A stretch of 64,000 nucleotides of DNA, taken from Chiloscyllium plagiosum. Lineage: Eukaryota. The translations under genes were made by a program, and so were the position numbers. The DNA lies in assembly GCF_004010195.1 (NCBI RefSeq), contig NC_057754.1, positions 4,713,280 to 4,777,279 on the forward strand, given 5' to 3'. Of this stretch, positions 24,076 to 35,974 are shown piece after piece. The notes below the pieces were generated by a model, which was given only the letters and a program-made list of their open reading frames with translations, was not told where the DNA came from and made no database searches. The stretch's first letter is position 1. The number at the start of each line of letters is the position of its first letter.

Positions 24076-24766
24076 CTTATGGCCTAAGATGAAGATAAGG
24101 AGGAGCAAGCAAGATGCTGGAATTACCAGCTAATCTCTTTGATTTGCATGTCAGCAATTCTTGGCATCTAATTTCTAACCTTTGGTGGGAGAATGGGAAT
24201 CTGCATATTAATGAGGTGAGATAAAGGTGTTAGTGAAATGTTGATGCATACTAATGCATGTAAATAGGCCTCTTGCCACTTACTAGTGAGAATCTCTTCC
24301 TGCCGTTCATCACTTGATCGGAAATGGAATGTCTGGTCTTGAATTTGTGAAGTTCCCCGCTGGACATCTCAGCCAAGCCAATTTTCCCAACATTTTTGCC
24401 ATGGTCCAAGTCCTTCAGGGGTTGGGAAGATTCTGCACACAGTCTTAGCATACTAAAACACGTGTACTATACAGCTAAACAGGCTGATAAATATTCAAAC
24501 AAATGCTCAGACTTGGTGCAATTATTGGCAGACTCCTTAAATACCTTTACCATAATTATCAGTCTGTGTTTTAATTTGGTATAAATAAACAGAAGTATGC
24601 CCATAAAGATATCCAAATCTACGAAAGCTTAGGCAGCCCTGGTGGAAACTTCTGATAGACTCCATAAAATCTGAGAGCTCCCCACTTGGAAAACCGGTGT
24701 TGAACAGAGTAGACAAACAACCAGGTAAATTAAGCAGAGGAAACTAGAAACTAATTCATGATTCTT

Positions 24767-24861
24767 CTGAGGAAAGGACACTTGACCTGAAATGTTAACT
24801 TGGATTTCTTTCTACAGATGCTGCCAAACTTGCTAACCTTTTCCAGCAATTTCTGATTTTG
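24767..24861 (+). mobile_element. Penelope pLTR-derived element beginning exactly at the hammerhead core
   Basis: TSD TTCATGATTCTT (24755-24766) / TTCATCATTCTT (24862-24873). Insert starts CTGAGGA AAGG ACACTTGA CCT GAAAT GTT AAC. Confidence 0.75.
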
Positions 24862-25189
24862 TTCATCATTCTTGTTTTGCCTTGATATTATAATCTTTGC
24901 AAATCCTTCCCACATTATTTTACTGCATTACCTATATCCCTTTGTTTAAAGGTCTGCTATTCTTACCTGCCTTCTTTGTTCTTGATGAGGAGCAAAGCAA
25001 AATAGTTCAGGAAAATCCTTGGATCAGTGCCAAGCCATTGCTGAGTTCAGCTGACCTTGGTCATGATTGACGAATGGTGTTACAGTTGAATCCTGATTTC
25101 TGTCCGATGTCACTGGCTCGATAATTTACGTGGGTTAATGTTGAATGTTGATAGGAAGAGGATGAACTGTGTGTTATTGTCTGCCATTC

Positions 25190-25540
25190 GGGCAGCCCGG
25201 TGATTTAGTGGTTAGCACTGCTGCCTTGCGGCAGAAGGGACCTGTGTTTGATTCCACCCTTGAGCAGCTATCTGTATGGAGTTTGCACGTTCTAAGTGTC
25301 TCCGTGGGGTTTTCTCCAGGTGCTCTGATTTCCTCCTCCAGTCCAAAGATGTGCAGATTAGGTGGATTGACTGTGCTAAAATTGCCCGTAGTGTCCAGGA
25401 ATGTGCAGGCTAGGTGGGTTAGCCATGGGAAATGCAGGGTTACAGGGATGGGGTGGGTTTTGGTGCAGTGCTCTTCAGAGGTTTGGTGCGGACTGGATGG
25501 GCTGAATGGGCTGCTTCCACACTGTAGGAGTTTTATGATT
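25190..25540 (+). mobile_element. HE1-type V-SINE
   Basis: tRNA-like head AGTGGTTAGCACTGCTGCC, V-domain TGGAGTTTGCAC..GGGTTTTCTCCAGGTGCTC..CCAAAGATGTGCAG, and a CR1-like tail. Confidence 0.85.
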
Positions 25541-26869
25541 ATATTCAATATTTTACCAACGTTAATAACTGAAAAACGATTAATCAAAAGCTTGAAGACG
25601 GGAGCTCCACACGTACCTGATCATTTGGAGAACATTGAGGGTTTCATTTCAGCTTTCTCTTCAACCTTTTAAATCTCTTTCAGACCAGATCAGAACTGCA
25701 TCATCTCACTGTCTCATCCTCCACCCAATCAAAATAAGGTGAATCCAACTGAATTGGCTTCCCAGATTGCAAAATATTAGTTGTCTTAAGATATCCATTT
25801 TAGAAAGCAAATTAATATTCTGAGACATTCAAAGTGCTGCAGAGATTCTTGTCTCAATGGCCGGAGGCTGTTTTATTATGAAATTTGCATCATTGTATAA
25901 CCATGAAATCCTAACCTTACCAAACTGTTTTACAAATATTCAATTGATGTGTTAGGTCTGAGCCACAGCAGTTACAGTTAAATGAGAAATGGTAAAGATA
26001 TAATTTTCAACATATTATTTAAGGAACAGAATTTTTTTTATAGTAGAGGTGCTTCAACAATGCCTAAACTGATTATCAAAACCCAATGCATAGTTCAGAA
26101 AGTTTTGAGCACTTGATGAAGAGGGTGGGAGGAAGAGAAGGCAAGTGTGGTGAGCCATTGAGGAACTTGCATTTCTTCCATTTTCAGCTATAAGTTGTAA
26201 AGCAACATTGGCAAGAGTCTGAAAGTAGATTACTTTGCCAAGGCTGGTATGTGAAAAAAGGAAGACTTGCACAATATTTGGTACAAATCCATAGGTGAAA
26301 ATAATTAAGACACCTGTTTTCTAAAAATGCAAAAATCATTGAGTTAATTAATTGGATAGGGTAAGAATTGGAAATTAATGAGAATGAAATAATTTGCTTT
26401 GAGAATTTAAAATCAGTGAAAGAGGTGCATTAATTTTTTTGTGTTAAGAATGACCCGAGATGCAATTCTGTATTGTTTTACAAGCATTGTGTGTGATGCG
26501 GTGGCCATTTTGATCCCTCTTCAATTCTTTGCCACTCCTCCACCAATCTGTCATGTTAGGTTGGAGTGAATCATTGGTAATCTTGGAGACATGATCGGTT
26601 GTTACACCTTGCTCAAAAATACTAATCTCATACTTCTCCTAAATTATACAATGCTATTAATGCACATTTTTGTATTCAATCCTAATATCTGACATTGCAT
26701 TTCTCAAGAATATAGCTCTTCATTATATTTGAAATAAAATATTCCATAGTACACTCAAAATAACAGTTCTGCTGTGTGTGGAATATTAGCATTGGTCCAG
26801 TATTAGGTAGAAAAATATATGTTAAAACAAGTTGGTTTATAAAACAAATTTTTTATTGTAAATAGGAAC

Positions 26870-27470
26870 ATTTGTTTAGAGCGGAGTTGCTCTACACTAT
26901 CCCTCTCAAACATGCCCTGAACAAGTATAGCACAAATTTAGATAAAGAGTAAAGATCCATTTGCACTGTCCCAATCTACTGCTAGGAGAAAGTGAGGACT
27001 GCAGATGCTGGAGATCAGAGCTTAAAAATGTGTTGCTGGAAAAGCGTAGCAGGTCAGGCAGCATCAAAGGAACAGGAGAATCGACGTTTCGAGCATAAGC
27101 CCTTCTAATGCTCCCAGGGCAGGTGCAGTTTTGATTAAGATTCTTAATAAAGCTTTTTCTACATTCTCCAACGAAATGAGCCCAAGCCAGTTTGAGTACA
27201 AATTCAATTCAGACTAGAGTGTCTCTCTCTCTCTCTCTCTCTCTTTCTACTTTCCCCATCAGATACTATAATTGAAATTAAAGCAAGGTGTTATAGAGCA
27301 AGTAAAGTTCTGTACTGTCCCCATCAATACTCTGAGAGTGAAGTTACCACTACACTCTCCCTATCAGCACTCCAAAACAGCTCCAGCATGGGGTTAAATG
27401 CAGAATAAAGCCCACTCTGCATTTACCCCACCAAACTCTCCCAGGGCAGGTACAGTATAGATTACATGCT
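26870..27470 (+). repeat. Degenerate tandem array of an approximately 66-bp satellite unit
   Basis: Recurrent AGAGTAAAG..CTCTACACTGTCCCCATCAAACACTCCCAGGGCAGGTACAGCA..GGTTAGAT-like units. Interrupted by a PLE derivative and a (CT)n run at 27223-27244. Confidence 0.7.
26984..27103 (-). mobile_element. Penelope pLTR-derived element inserted in the satellite
   Basis: TSD-like TCTACTGCT (26975-26983) / TCTAATGCT (27104-27112). Ends inside the hammerhead core (minus strand GAA GGGC UUAU GCUC GAAAC GUC). Confidence 0.8.
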
Positions 27471-27534
27471 TCTTTAATGTCACAGTATCTGTCTCAATTG
27501 CAACTTCAATAGAGCACTCCATCCTGCATCAGTA

Positions 27535-28150
27535 CACCTGGAGCATTGTTGTGCAGTTTGAGTCTCCGTATCTGAGAAAGGATGACCTATCGGTGGAGGC
27601 AATATAGCAAAGGTTTACCGAACTGATTCCTAGGGTGACAGGACTGACATATGGAGAGAGATTGGATCATTTAGGACTATATTCACTGGAGTTTAGAAGA
27701 TTGAGGTCAGGGAATCTCACAGAAACCTAAAAAATTCTAACAGGACTAGACAAGGGTAAATGCAGGAAGGATGTTCCTGATGACCAGGAGAGATCAGAAC
27801 CAGGAGGTCACAGTCTAAAGGATGCTCACGTAGGATGGAGATGAGGAGAAATGTCTTCACCCAGAGAGTGGAGAACCTGTGGAATTCTCTACCATAGAAA
27901 GCAGTTGAGGCCAAAACATTGACTTTTTTCAGGTGACCAGAAGGTGGTGCATGTGTAGAATGCCAAAGAAAGTGGTGGAACTGGTACAGTTTCAACATTT
28001 GAAAGACATCTGGATGGGTACATGAATAGGAAGGGTTTAGAGTGATATGGGCCAAATGCTGTCACATGGGACTAGATTAATTTAGGGTATCTGGTTGGCA
28101 TGGATAAGTTGGATCAAAGGGTCTGTCTCCATGCTGTACATCTCTGTGAC
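27535..28150 (+). mobile_element. CR1 LINE 3' fragment
   Basis: CACCTGGAGCATTGTTGTGCAGTTTGAGTCTCCGTATCTGAGAAAGGATG...AGGTCACAGTCTAAAG. Tail GGGTCTGTCTCCATGCTGTACATCTCTGTGAC. Confidence 0.85.
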
Positions 28151-29447
28151 TAATTTTAATATTTTTATACCTGCCTTCCTGAAGCTTCTCTGAGTGAAAT
28201 TACCACTTTATTACTGATTAGTGTCGAATGGGGAGACTATCTTGTGCTAGTAGATGGGCTGAGGCTGCTTTAGGCAGCACCAGAAATACATTTTAGTCAC
28301 TTTCAAAGCAGCAGTGTTTGATTGTATGATGTGTTAATGTTCTTTGGAGAGCGATGGGAATTGCTTATATTTCATGATGAATAAAATCTTATTATTTTTG
28401 CTAGCCTGAGGCTCACAGTCCAAGCTTGGACTCAATATTTTCACAAGGACAACCTAGAGAAGTGGAGTTCTTTGATGCTAAATTGTTCAGAATTCATTTC
28501 TGAAAAGTTCATTTACTATCTGTCAATATTGTAGTCTTCTGAAAATACTTGCTGGGACTCTAGGGAGTTGGGTCAAGAGCTTCAAACTCTTGTACATATT
28601 TGGCAAGCAGATGCTCTGACCTTATTTTGAACCAGACATTTTGATACAAGACAGCAGGTTTGGGGGTGGTCTCCTAAGTTCTCACTGACCTTAAACCTTG
28701 ACTGTTACTAAATTAAAGTCAAATGACATTGAATTCAGTTTAAATTCTATGTGCTGTTGCAAATAATCTTTATCTCACAATTGACACTGCAATTCACATA
28801 TGATGACACGATTGTTAGTACCAAGTAATCTGTTGAAGCACTGCCTTGCAAAATATATTTTTTAAAACATGGATTTTTGCTTTAATCTCCTTAGCGAGTG
28901 GTCTGCGAATTAAGTGGTACTCAATTTCTTAATAATAATAAAATTCAATACTCTGTTGTAGATCTTTGGAAACAATGCAGAGTTGAAGGGAATAGTTTGA
29001 ATCCTTGCTGTGTGCTAAATTTTCCAAACTCAGCCAGGGCAGCTATCGTGGGTGTGATAGTAATTTTACTTATTATTATCCATTTACTGGAACTATAACC
29101 CAGCATTAGTCAACATCTTCAGGAAAGAAGAACATTCTTCATAGATAAGGTAGTTGAAAATCAATTTTAGGGAAGGATCAAGAAAGGCAGTCATTTAGTT
29201 CTAGATACTTTACACTTGGAACCTGAAACTGACGAGCATTTTCCAATTTTCACAGTTCACTGATAAACCAGCTATCAAAATTGCCATGAGGTTGTGATTA
29301 CTTAATACATTTGGCGTTAAAGTGACATCATTGAAATTATATTGCATCTTACGTGGTATATCTTCCCTTTATAAAACAAAAGTAATACAATATTTGATCA
29401 ATATCATGACGAATACCGAAAGGGAAAGTAGGTGGTGAAGATGTTTA

Positions 29448-29546
29448 GTGTTGAGAGTGTGTTGCTGGAAAAGCACAGCAGGCCAGGCAGCATCCAAGGA
29501 GCAGGAAAATCGATGTTTTGGGCCAGAACCCTTCATAAGCAATGGA
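29448..29546 (-). mobile_element. Penelope pLTR-derived element
   Basis: Perfect 12-bp TSD TGAAGATGTTTA (29436-29447 / 29547-29558). Decayed hammerhead at its right end. Confidence 0.8.
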
Positions 29547-29899
29547 TGAAGATGTTTATCCAAGTAGGGGTTGTGTGAATAACTTTTATGCGTATTACTC
29601 ACTGAAGCAAACTCTTTACATCTCATGGCTTCATTTTCATGAGTGGTAATTATCTAGGCTGGTTTCTTACCAGTTCTTAGGGCCACTCTCTGCTGATTGT
29701 AGTATCCTTTGAGACGCTTCTACCTTCATAGCGAACAGTGGCATTCAAATTCCTCCTTTGTAATTCCATGGATAATCATTTGTACACTGCTGTACAGTTT
29801 TGGCTCTTGCTGTTTTTTCAGAACTCATACATCCTAATGAACAGTAATGGCTTTTTTCAGTGCACATACTTCCCAATGGAAGGAGTAACAATGCCTTGT

Positions 29900-30442
29900 G
29901 TAGTTGTAAAGAGCTTTAGTGAGGCTTCACTTGGAGTGTTGTGTGCATCCTTCAACCCCTTATTCAAAGAGGGACATACTTGCCATAGAAGGAGTGCAGC
30001 AGATCAACTTAGGATTGTGGGATTGTTTTATGAGGAGAGATTGAGAAGTCTGGATTTGTATTTTCTAGAATTTTGAAGAATGAGAAGTGACCTCATTGAA
30101 ATTTACATCCATTGATGCCCTTTGAGCATTTTCTATGTAGATAGGATGGTTCCTTGACTGGTGAGTCTAATAAGGGACAGACCATTTAGGCTGGAGATGA
30201 GGTGGAATGTTTTTACTCAAATGAAGGTATAGCTTTGGAATTCCCTGTTCACAGGGCTGAAGAAGCTCAATCATTGAGCATGTTAAAGACAAATCAATAG
30301 ATTTTTGGAGCTTAATGGCATCAAGGAATTTGGAGATGCTGTGATAAAGTAGCATTAAGATAAATGATCAGTCGTAATCTTAGTGAATGATGGTTTAGCA
30401 GGCTCGATGGGCTAAATGGTCTGCACCTGTTCTTATGTTCCC
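29900..30442 (+). mobile_element. CR1 LINE 3' fragment
   Basis: Translation ...GLFYEERLRSLDLYFLEF. Tail GGCTCGATGGGCTAAATGGTCTGCACCTGTTCTTATGTTCC. Confidence 0.8.
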
Positions 30443-30631
30443 AATGATTAGTTTCAGAAATTGTGATGAGTCAAATTTGGACGTCACGAACTGTTTGTGT
30501 TGAGGCTGTCAGCAATTCCTACTGGCAGAAAAGCAAATTCTATAGTATGCGCCCCCATAATTAGTCGAAATTCTATACGGTTAAAACGGGAATAATCAAA
30601 CTTGTGTAAGCTTGACATATTACTGTACTGA

Positions 30632-30832
30632 AAATATGTTGCTGGAAAAGCGCAGCAGGTCAGGCAGCATCCAAGGAACAGGAGAATCGACGTTTCGGGC
30701 ATAAGCCCTTCGGGCTTACCCGAAACATCGATTCTCCTGTTCCTTGGATGCTGCCTGACCTGTTGCGCTTTTCCAGCAACACATTTTCAGCTCTGATCTC
30801 CAGCATCTGCAGTCCTCACTTTCTCCTCAAAG
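30632..30832. mobile_element. Young fold-back Penelope pLTR-derived element forming a near-perfect palindrome
   Basis: 15-bp direct repeat ATATTACTGTACTGA (30617-30631 / 30833-30847). Arms 30628-30708 and 30712-30790 separated by only TTC. Confidence 0.9.
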
Positions 30833-30934
30833 ATATTACTGTACTGACCAATCAGATCAGAATTAGGACACAAAATCATGAAATGCAGGGCAAACCATCA
30901 TTTAAAATTGAATTCATCCTCTGAAAGGATATAC

Positions 30935-31300
30935 AAAAAGGACTGTGGCATTGAGAAAGTTAAAGAGAGGTTGATATACCGGTGTAAAACAACGGCATGA
31001 AGCAGAGAGCAGATATTTTGAAGGAGTGCCAGATTCCATCATGAACCTTGTCAACCATTGTGAAACACAAAGCAAATGTCTTGGAAAAATTTGACAAGCA
31101 GGCATTCTCTCTAGCAAGGAAGAGGATCAGAACAATAACCTATCCCAATGTTGAAGAAGCTGTACTAATGTGGATTAGGGCAGCCTGAGCAGTGAACTTC
31201 GCCAGCTCCATCACAATTCTGTAGAAAAGGCAAGTTGTCCTGGCAAAAGAGACTAGGTTGTAAAGATTTTATGTGCAGCAACAGATGGCTGGACCAGATT
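30935..31300 (+). pseudogene. Tigger/pogo transposase N-terminal relic (psq HTH plus CENP-B-type HTH)
   Basis: Manual translation from 30994: GMKQRADILKECQIPS*TLSTIVKHKANVLEKFDKQAFSLARKRIRTITYPNVEEAVLMWIRAA*AVN...(frameshift) LGCKDFMCSNRWLD. Matches the TIGD/CENP-B pattern RKRxRxxxYxxxEEALxxW...DFxxSNGWL. Confidence 0.8.
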
Positions 31301-31455
31301 TATTTAATTATATTTACTGAGCTGGTTGATTTCAACAAGGGATGAGAAGCTATAACCATGAGTAGAGACTTCTCATACTGTGATCATTTTTACTGATGTA
31401 GAAGGTTAAGAAGATTTTACAACTGTGTTGTATGCAGGCTAAGAAAAAAGAAGTA

Positions 31456-31684
31456 CAGTAAACTCTCCGGTGTCGGCATGTACATAGAATGGGGGATGTG
31501 TCAGTTCCATGAATGTGCCAATTTCGGCCAGGACCACTTGTAAGTATTTTCCGCAAGGTTTGCTTCAAAGGAGAAAGAGAGGTGACCAAAGGATCAGTTC
31601 TCAGGGTGAGGAGACCTAGCCCTGTTGTTTGGGGTTGCGTGAGAATTCAGGATAATAGGATACTGGGTAATGGGGACTTTACTG
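31456..31684. mobile_element. TA-flanked Tc1/mariner (Tigger-type) MITE, 229 bp
   Basis: TA|CAGTAAACTCTCC ... GGGGACTTTACTG|TA gives imperfect terminal inverted repeats (TIRs) with a TA duplication. Confidence 0.6.
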
Positions 31685-33774
31685 TAAATCACAACATGAA
31701 ACCTTTTTCCCCATATCTTACAGTGAATGACAATCTTGCTGTAATCTAGTCAAGTACCATGCCTTGATGCCTTTTCATTCTTTATTTGAGTCCACAAAGT
31801 GAATGTCATCATTTTATTTGTCGATTAATGTTTCACAGCTACGCTTAATCCTACTCGCCCACTATTCCCACTCTCCTTAAGAGACTGTTCATTAACATTT
31901 TGGACTGAGTACAATGACTTCTTTTGTTTAACCCTTTTTATTCTGGAAGCACTGAAACCAGTTCAAGGATCCGCTGGTATTATGGTTAATCCATAGAGTC
32001 ATGGAAACTTGCAGGAGAAAAGTTAGCCATTTTAGTTTTTTGGGTCTGTGTTGGCGCTTTGTAAGACCTGACCAGAACTAGTCTACCTGCTCAGTTATCT
32101 CACCTCAGATCTGTATTTTCTCTGCTTCAAATGTTTGTTAATGCTTTGATTTCCACTTCAACTATTTCCTTTGGGTAAACGTTCTACTTTCCAGCAAATC
32201 ACACCATCAAGAAATTTCTCCTAACCTCCCTCAACACCAGTTTTAAACTGATGATCCCTGGTCATTGACTACCAAGTTAAATATCCTTTCCTATTGGAAC
32301 TTTTTGTAGTTGTAAAAGCCTTTTCTCATCACCTGTGCAAATAGCCATGGGAAGTTTCTACTGATGGCTATAGCTCCTCACCTTTGTTGAAATCACCAGT
32401 TCATTAGAGATCATTGAGTGATCCTTGGACTTCTAATATCTTTTGTTTGGTAAAAGCAATGACTTTACTCAAATGAACCATTGGGAAACATGTGCCTTGA
32501 ATATCAACATACACCATTCATTGTATTGCTTGTTTATTATTAAGAATGGTATGCTCAGTGGAGATTACAATCTGTTTATTTCCAAAGTTTCAAGACCACC
32601 TTCGTGTTATGAAAGACATCACATCTGGCATACTTTGGTATTTATATGTGAGGGCTCCCTTTCTTCGCCCAGGGCAGAAGAGTCTTCTGGTTGTATTTAA
32701 TAACAGGAGTTGGATTTGAAATCATGACAGTTTTTTAAAAGCGTATATGACATCTGTTTATTTTGTTCACCATAAAATGGCAAATGTTTACACTTTGCAG
32801 GTTGGCAACTCCGCTTACCTTAAAAAACGTGCTTGAGATACTATTAATCATTAGTGCTCTGAATGCTTGTTTAACCGCTATTAAAATGCATTGGTGGTAT
32901 ATCTAGACCCTTCAGCAATTCCCTAAGTGTGCTCACCCCCTCCCCATTTTCACAGGAGGCATTGATTCCTGCTAGGTTACTGTTCCACATGCTGACAGTC
33001 CATCCCTGCAGAGCCTAAGTAGTCATTTTTCATCGACAGGACCAGGAGATACTGTTCCACTGCAAACCCTGGTCCTGCCTTAACCTGACATCTACACATG
33101 TGCACTCTCTGAAAAGATCACTGGAAAGGTCATAAGCAGGAACCTTGTCTAATATATTCCCCCCCCGTAGCCAGGCGCATTAAGGCCAATTGTAGAATCT
33201 GCTGCCTGAGCCAAAATCGAAAATCCTGTCTTTACGAGTGAGGCTTTAAAATGTTGTGTTAAAGGGATGAAGGATGTAAAATGAAATTACTTGTATTCAT
33301 CTGTTTCCAGTTAATATTTGCTTAGGCTGAGAAAAATCAGATGTTTAATAACCTATGGGTTGACTTTGAAAAAGTGCACATGCAAAACATTAGGTGTAGT
33401 CAGATTTGACACCTCAAGAATTATAGAGTTGAAAAAATTCCATGGTCCTTTCTGCATTCCTCATATGGTGGGAGGGGTCACACTTTAATTGACCGCAGGA
33501 GTTTCCCTGAAGCGCTTAGTCGCACAGTTTAAGTATGTTTGGGTTTTTCATCACTGTGAATTGTTTTCCTCCCTTTTCATAGCATTCCTTTACACAACCA
33601 TGCTGTGGGTGGGGGTGGGGTAAATTTCCTGATCATGAGACAATCAAGTGTATACATGAGGAACGGTAGTGTGGTTTAAAGAGTGTATAAAATACACCCT
33701 CATGTTATTTCATTACATGTGTTTATTGTGATACTGAGCTATATTATACCACAACAACAACTTGTTTTTTCCCT

Positions 33775-34245
33775 ATAAGGCACAGACAGGAGTGTGATGG
33801 AGTAGTTCCCATTTGCTCAGATGAACGCAGTTCCAGTAATGCTCATGAAACTGGACATAGTCTAGGGTACCTTGACAGGCACCAAATTCACAAACATTCA
33901 CCCCCTTCACCAGTGCCTCTTAGTAGTAGCAGAAATACCCCAAAACTCCTTCGACAGCATCTTCCAAACCCATGACCATTACCAGCTAGAAGGACAAGGG
34001 CATCAGATACATGGGAATACCACCGCCTACAAGTTCCCTGCCGATCCCAGGCTCTCATCATCTTGACTTTGAAATATATTGTCATTCCTTCTGTGCTGCT
34101 GTGTCAGAATCCCAGAAATAGCATTGTTTATGCATCTATACTAATATACTCAGCAGTTTAAGAAGACAGCTCAACACCAAGTTGTCAAGGGCAATTAGGA
34201 TAAGCAATAAATGCTGGCCCAGCCACATCCCATATCTTGTAATGA
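33775..34245 (+). mobile_element. CR1/L2-group LINE 3' fragment (second family)
   Basis: YKAQxRSVMExxPxAxMxAxP pattern. Tail GGGCAATTAGGATAAGCAATAAATGCTGGCCCAGCC shared with local SINEs. Confidence 0.65.
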
Positions 34246-34359
34246 AAGAAAGTACACCCATGAGGTGGGAGTGTGTTGTGATTGTCAGTTAGAAATGGAG
34301 AGCTGAAAATGTGTTGCTGGAAAAGCGCAGAAGGTCAGGCAGCATCCAAGGAGCAGGAG

Positions 34360-34395
34360 AATCAACGTTTCGGGCATGAGCCCTTCTTCAGGAAT
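34360..34395 (-). ncRNA. Minimal type-I hammerhead ribozyme motif in the PLE terminal repeat
   Basis: Minus strand reads AUUC CUGAAGA A GGGC UCAU GCCC GAAAC GUU GAUU. Intact core, perfect 4-bp helix II, weak helix I. Same strand as the PLE ORF. Predicted cut between 34364 and 34363. Confidence 0.7.
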
Positions 34396-34504
34396 GAGGA
34401 AAGTGTGCCAAGCAGGCTAAGATAAAAGGTAGGGAGGAGGGACTCTGGGCAGGGGCGTTGGAAATGCGATAGGTGGAAGGAGGTTAAGGTGAGGGTGATA
34501 GGCC

Positions 34505-34822
34505 NNNNNNNNNNNNNNNNNNNNNNNNNNNNNNNNNNNNNNNNNNNNNNNNNNNNNNNNNNNNNNNNNNNNNNNNNNNNNNNNNNNNNNNNNNNNNNNN
34601 NNNNNNNNNNNNNNNNNNNNNNNNNNNNNNNNNNNNNNNNNNNNNNNNNNNNNNNNNNNNNNNNNNNNNNNNNNNNNNNNNNNNNNNNNNNNNNNNNNNN
34701 NNNNNNNNNNNNNNNNNNNNNNNNNNNNNNNNNNNNNNNNNNNNNNNNNNNNNNNNNNNNNNNNNNNNNNNNNNNNNNNNNNNNNNNNNNNNNNNNNNNN
34801 NNNNNNNNNNNNNNNNNNNNNN
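34505..34822. other. Assembly gap (318 N)
   Basis: Run of N. Confidence 1.
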
Positions 34823-35257
34823 CGGGAGTGGAGGTTGGGTTGGTGGGGGGTGTGGACCTGACGAGGGAGTCACGGAGGGAGTGGTCTTTTTGGAATGCTG
34901 ATAGGGGAGGGGAGGGAAATATATCCCTGGTGGTGGGGTCCGTTTGGAGGTGGCGGAAATAACGACGGATGATACGATGTATATGGAGGTTGGTGGGGTG
35001 GTAGGTGAGGACCAGTGGGGTTCTGTCCTGGTGGCGATTGGAGGGGTGGGGCTCAAGGGCGAAGGAGCGGGAAGTGGAGGAGATGCAGTGGAGAGCATCG
35101 TCAACCACGTCTGAGGGGAAATTGCGGTCTTTGAAGAAGGAGGCCATCTGGGTTGTACGGTATTATGCAGGTCCATTTAAGGGTTACACAGTGAGCTTCA
35201 AAGTTGAATGACAGCAAGTGACAAACACTGGATTTTTGTTTGGGAATTTCATATAGG

Positions 35258-35372
35258 TATTTTCTAATCAACCTGTTTGGCAATGTTATTACATGCCTCT
35301 GAAGCGGGTAGGACTTGAACCTGGTCCTCCTGATTCAGAGGTAGGGACACTACCACTGCACCACAAGCACCT
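35258..35372 (-). mobile_element. Short (about 110 bp) tRNA-derived SINE
   Basis: Minus-strand A box TGGTGCAGTGG, B box GGTTCAAGTCC, end AACAGGTTGATTAGAAAATA. Confidence 0.7.
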
Positions 35373-35487
35373 CCATGTTATTGTTCTGAGCTAATTGTTT
35401 AGTTTGTCAATGTGGTGATGTGGTAGTGTAATTAAAAAAAAAATTCACTGGTGGCAGTGTAATTAAAAAAAGCTGAGTCAATGTCAG

Positions 35488-35600
35488 ACTCTTGTGGCAG
35501 AGTGGTAGAGGCCCTATCTTTTATTCAGAAGGCCTGGGTTCAAGTCCCACCTGTCTAGAAATGTGCCATTACATGCCTGAACAGGTTGATTAAAAATATC
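35488..35600 (+). mobile_element. Short tRNA-derived SINE (same family)
   Basis: TGGCAGAGTGG, GGTTCAAGTCC, end GAACAGGTTGATTAAAAATATC. Confidence 0.7.
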
Positions 35601-35679
35601 CTTGCTGGTCAATAAATGCTGACCTAGCCCAACGTGCCCCATCTCCAGTGAATCATAAAAGAGGAGCTGAGTTCATGGA

Positions 35680-35794
35680 GAGCTCTTGTGATACAGTGGC
35701 AGAGTCCCTACCTCTGAATCAGGAGGCCTAGATTCAAGTTCCCATCTGCTCTAAAGTTGTTTAATAACATCTCTGAACAGGTCAATTAAAAATA
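35680..35794 (+). mobile_element. Short tRNA-derived SINE (same family)
   Basis: TGATACAGTGG, GATTCAAGTTCC, end GAACAGGTCAATTAAAAATA. Confidence 0.7.
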
Positions 35795-35974
35795 AGGAGT
35801 GTTGAGTTCTCATGGCTACAAAACTAACAATCCACAGACCCAGGCAAATGCAATTGATTAAAATCCCGCCATGGCAGTAGGCAAAATTTAAATGCAATTA
35901 CAAAACCTGGTGTATAAAGCAAACCTCACGAAAGTCTCATTTGGTTCACTAATGTCCTTTAAGGAGAGTGCATG

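Larger units (their letters stand above)
34298..35155 (-). mobile_element. Penelope-like retroelement 3' fragment (post-RT linker, gap, 3' pLTR)
   Basis: Minus-strand MASFFKDRNFP...RTPLVLTYHPTNLHIHRII.RYFRHLQTDPTTRDIFPSPPLSAF..DHSLRDSLVRS is the PLE linker that precedes GIY-YIG. The GIY-YIG position falls in the N gap. The terminal 34298-34400 is the same sequence as the dispersed short repeats. Confidence 0.85.

Noticed and set aside
25169..25672. 167-aa ORF (and similar ORFs at 37042-37304, 47473-47706, 56656-57002) as host genes
   Set aside because: They are translations of HE1 SINE sequence.
34362..35147. 261-aa ORF as an intact protein
   Set aside because: It spans 318 Ns, so the frame across the gap is arbitrary. 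Only the part at 34823-35147 is interpretable, as a PLE linker.
35258..35794. tRNA genes
   Set aside because: A/B boxes are present, but there is no clean cloverleaf and the copies share a non-tRNA 3' extension typical of SINEs.
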